Position numbers and translations under genes: made by a program
Source: the human T2T-CHM13v2.0 reference genome, Homo sapiens
Reading direction: 5' to 3' (one strand)
Assembly: GCF_009914755.1 (NCBI RefSeq)
Contig: NC_060934.1
DNA length: 64,000 nt
In this document: positions 59,701-64,000 of the stretch, piece after piece
How positions within the stretch are numbered: the first letter of the stretch is position 1
Layout: every line of letters begins with the position of its first letter
Notes under the pieces: generated by a model
Told to the model about the DNA's origin: nothing
The model's input: the letters and a program-made list of their open reading frames with translations, nothing else
Databases searched by the model: none

Positions 59701-62700
59701 TGTCATAGCTATATTACTTGGCATTTAATATTTCCTAAATATGTATTGTGGAACAAATATTTCATTACTTTCAAGCTTTACTTGTGACTTAGTATTTTCC
59801 TTCTTGTATCAACACTTACTAATGTTTCTACTTAGTGTCTTGAGATCCTTACCACTTAGTCATAACTTTCAAGAAATTCAGTCAGACTGCTTTAAGATTT
59901 CTAGAAATATGTCCATCCTTAAGTAATTTGCCTTTAAAATAATTTACTGTGTATAAGGTTATGCATTCCAGGTTTACGATTTAGAAAATATAAATATTAA
60001 ATCAGTAAAATATTGATCTGAACATTTTTGGTCATTGTGGTTAAAATTATGTGATATGAATTGGGAATGTCCTTGAAGGACTTACAGAAGATGAGCTCTA
60101 TAGCTGAACCTTTGGTTGGATAATCTTCATAAAATAAGTTAATCCCTCTAAGCCTTTTGTCTACTGATAAAATTGAATTGTAACCTGTTTTTATCTAAGT
60201 ATTGTTTCAAAAAGTTAAAGCCTTTTAAGTAAAGCCCTATGAAAATTGTCAAATTTTGTTCAAATGGCTTCAAGCTTTCAGAGTTTATTATCCTTTCTGT
60301 ATTATGCATATATAAATAAGAGCCCTGTGCTTATGTCAGAATTAGCAATATGTAAGGTATTGAGGACCCCTTCATGGGCTTGAGACAGAGACCAGATTCA
60401 ATCTAGTCTAAGCAACAATGTAACTTAATCAATCATACTTAAAGGAGGACCAGGGATGGGCAGGGACTGGGCACTGGAATTACATTACCCAGCATGGTAG
60501 TTCCCCAAGGAAGAGATGCTGCTGGCAGAACAACAACACATCCATGGAAGCCTCAGTAGTGGCCAGGCTTAAGAGTTTAGAAGTAACTCTGCTGTGTATA
60601 TTTATACCTATCTTCACCTCCATTTAGTAAGTATACATTCTCAAATGGTGCGAGCAAATATTTGACTATCCCTGGTCTGCCATTCCCTGCTGAAGGAGTT
60701 GGCGCAATTATGTTAACCAAGGGCAGAGTTTATTAAAGTCAGAATTTGGGAAGTTCTTATCAAAACAATTATTAAATATTATCTTTGGCTCTTATTTTAA
60801 AAAACAAAAGTTCACAAACTACTTATTACAATCAACCTTCAGAATAACTCAGTTTTGAGGCTTATTACCTATGAGGTGAGGCAGGCATGAGGAGATGACA
60901 CAAAGAGAAACATACTTAGTTACAACTGGAATTTGATGGAAGGACTGGAGGAGAAAGGTGAATAATGTGTCAACCGACCTTTGGGTTTATGTAGTTGAGC
61001 AAGTCATTAGGGAGACTCGATAACACTCTGAGTATCATTGTGTTGTACACTCACAATTGGTGCTATTGTGTGGAGAGAATGCTCAATGCATGAAAAAGGA
61101 GTATGTTTAGTGTGTTTAAACAGAATCTTTCTAGAAGTCATTCAGATTTTTTTCCTATGGAAGATACCAGTGATCCTTTTGTAAAATACAGATTCCACTG
61201 TGTCTTTCACCTGTGTAAATAAGGATGATCAGTTTTCATATTGCATAATCATACAATCAACCTCTGCATTCGTGTCAATTACAGCTTATTTTTCTAATCA
61301 TTGTTGAATGATCAATTTTCTTTGCAACACTATGTGTCTTCCAGACTAGAAAAATCACAAGAAGGAAAATGGCATTCTCATAATGTGCCAAAGCAGACAA
61401 TTTTGAAAATGTAAAACAGCTGAGCTCACTTGACATTTCTTGATGTCATCTGCCAGCAGAGAAGGCTGTTAGAGAGCTCCTTTTCCTGGTGATTTTTTTC
61501 CCAGAATTCTGCCAAACTTAGAGAATGACATATAATTTACTAAAGAGAAAATGGGCCAAAATGGGACATTTCTATTTCAAAGTCTACTAGCGCCTAGAAA
61601 ATAAACGCCAAATAGTATTCCATCTGTTTCTTTTAAGCAGCCTTGTCATATACTTTCTTAACGGGACCTAGATAGAAACATTGTTTTCATATTTAGTGAG
61701 AACTTGAAAGGGTTCACAAATTATGGCTGTGGAGTCTAGCCTTAAGGTGGCAGCGAACTGAGGTGATGTAGAGGTATATGACAAAAATGGAAACTTCTAA
61801 AGCATGTCAACAGTGAGCTCTGCAGGAGAGTTACAGCAGGGGGCTAATAGACATATAATCTTGATGCTTCATTTTCCCTTCAAGAAATGAGATTAATTAA
61901 GGATATGTCAAATATATGGCTTCTGGCATATGTACACTGTTTGCAGAAAGAGAAGCATTCTAAGAACTGACTAGGAAAAGGAAAATCCCTCCTTTGGGAG
62001 AATACATTTTAATAATGTTTCTGAGTTAAAGTCACATCGTTTAACTTGTAAGGAATGGTTATTAGCATGACTTTTTAAAGATGTTTGCTTGAATTTCAGC
62101 AAATATGTAAGCATATGTTGTCAGCATCTTGGTGTAGTATTTAGGGATACAGCCTATCCAACTGACAAAAGGACTTACAGATGTAATACTCATTTTCCTA
62201 ATGAGGTTCAAGCCAAAATCTGTTGTTATGCACAGATGTGCAATGACATTTACCAAACATGTGCAGATATTTTTGAAGTAGGCACACTGTTAAAAATGGC
62301 CCACCTGCAGGAAATTGTGTCATCATGAGAGGGTTGCCACAAACTCTATCTCAGTAGCTTGCCAGAGGCTGAAGCTTTTGACCGAATCTCAAAATGTGAG
62401 GTGTTTGGAGCTTCACTGATGTGAGATGGACCCTCCTACATGTTGAAGAGCCTATTGCAAATGGATCTCATTAGTCAATGGCCACTCAGCCTCTGATTCC
62501 TTTTCTAAAAAATCACAGATCATCTGTTTAATATTATTGATTCTAGAATGTTTCTGGGTTTTGACATCAATTGAATTATATGAGGCCTGTTTATGATGGA
62601 ATTAAGGGCTACCCTAAAATGAAGAGTTAGGAGACATTTATGCCTAAGAGCACCAGACAGGAATATGTATGAGTTATTCATTCAGCAAACATTTATAGCC

Positions 62701-62835
62701 TTTATTATGTGCCAGGAACAGAAAAGACAAAGATGAACAAGATGATACATTTCTTGCCTTCAAATAATTCTGTGCTTCTGTATGCCAGTTTTCTTGTCTT
62801 TGCCACCTTATTAACACAATATCAGTCATTCTCTC

Positions 62836-63127
<292 letters not shown>

Positions 63128-64000
63128 TCAGTCATTCTTTAATTTTCCCTCTTAACTTTGCAGCCTGTCTAAATCTGGATGCAATTTACCAGAATGCTTC
63201 TTTTATTCCTCAGAGCTAGTGAGCCAGTTGCATGACTACTCTAAACTTTTGTTCTTTCTTTTTTGACTCTCTTAGAATTCATTGTCACTACCCAATATGT
63301 TAGTGCTAATTTGTTCTCTGTTTCCTATGTACTTATAAGATGGTAATACCATTAAAAGACATAAATGAATGGATTATATTTTAGGTGTCAGGTGCCATGC
63401 TGAGTATCCACCATGAGTTATTTCACTCATATCTGAGAATAGTTTCATGAGGCATGCATTATGATATCTGTTTCCTAAAAGAGAATAATGGAAGCTTAAA
63501 TTAATTGCCCAAAGCCACATACTCCTGTATGGTGAAGTCAAAATGCTTAAACAGGACAAACTCCAAATTATTGACTTTTAGTGTCCTTTATTTCTTTTGA
63601 ATCCCCTAGAGTCTTTAAATTTGTTCATAGAGCGTTGATCTTATGAGACACCATTTCCTTTATTAAAGTCAACACGTGGTATCACCTTTTTTCTAGACAT
63701 CTGATCTTTTGATGTAGAGTCTGTCTCTAAACCATCAGTGTTTTAGTATAATGCCTCATAGTTACTTCAAAATAACTATCATGAATATACTCAATCATAT
63801 AGCTGTATGCCTCACTCCTCTCTGCATTGATCCTTTTGCTTCTGTAAAATGTTATGGTTCAATTGCTCCTTTGAGATGATCCAATTCAATTTACCATCCA
63901 ATTCAGTAATCCTGTCTCTGTTATTTTATTAGTTGGTCTACTTGAACACTTCCTATAATGGAAAACTTCTTAGCACAAGATTCAACCATTGCTATACTCA

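Noticed and set aside
60350-60600. Possible ancient MLT1J/K-type LTR remnant
   Set aside because: Similarity too faint to call without a profile search.

Overview
Primate, most likely human, AT-rich and CpG-depleted non-coding DNA. It looks like the interior of a long intron or an intergenic region. I can support no protein-coding exon, RNA gene or CRISPR array, and the ORF track is mostly translated Alu, L1, LTR and low-complexity sequence. The window holds about 28 Alu/FLAM copies, L1PA/L1M fragments, MaLR LTRs (MLT1/MST/THE1), a MER61-type ERV1 solo LTR, DNA transposon relics (Ricksha end, MER2, MER5, MER91A, MER119-like, MER53, MER33, MER30, MER1B, Tigger3a with MADE1, MER47) and MIR/L2 remnants. 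The most notable unexplained structure is a ~365-bp inverted repeat that matches no repeat family I recognise (12284-12650 and 14399-14764). Its core is about 95% identical with no indels, each arm carries internal palindromes, and the 1.75-kb spacer contains an inverted Alu pair. Other items are a TSD-flanked Alu+L1M+poly(A) composite retrocopy (~20651-20908), two local tandem duplications, closely spaced inverted Alus, and a strong splice acceptor/7-nt microexon candidate near 26995. Repeat names come from recalled consensus sequences, not a database search, and boundaries are approximate.
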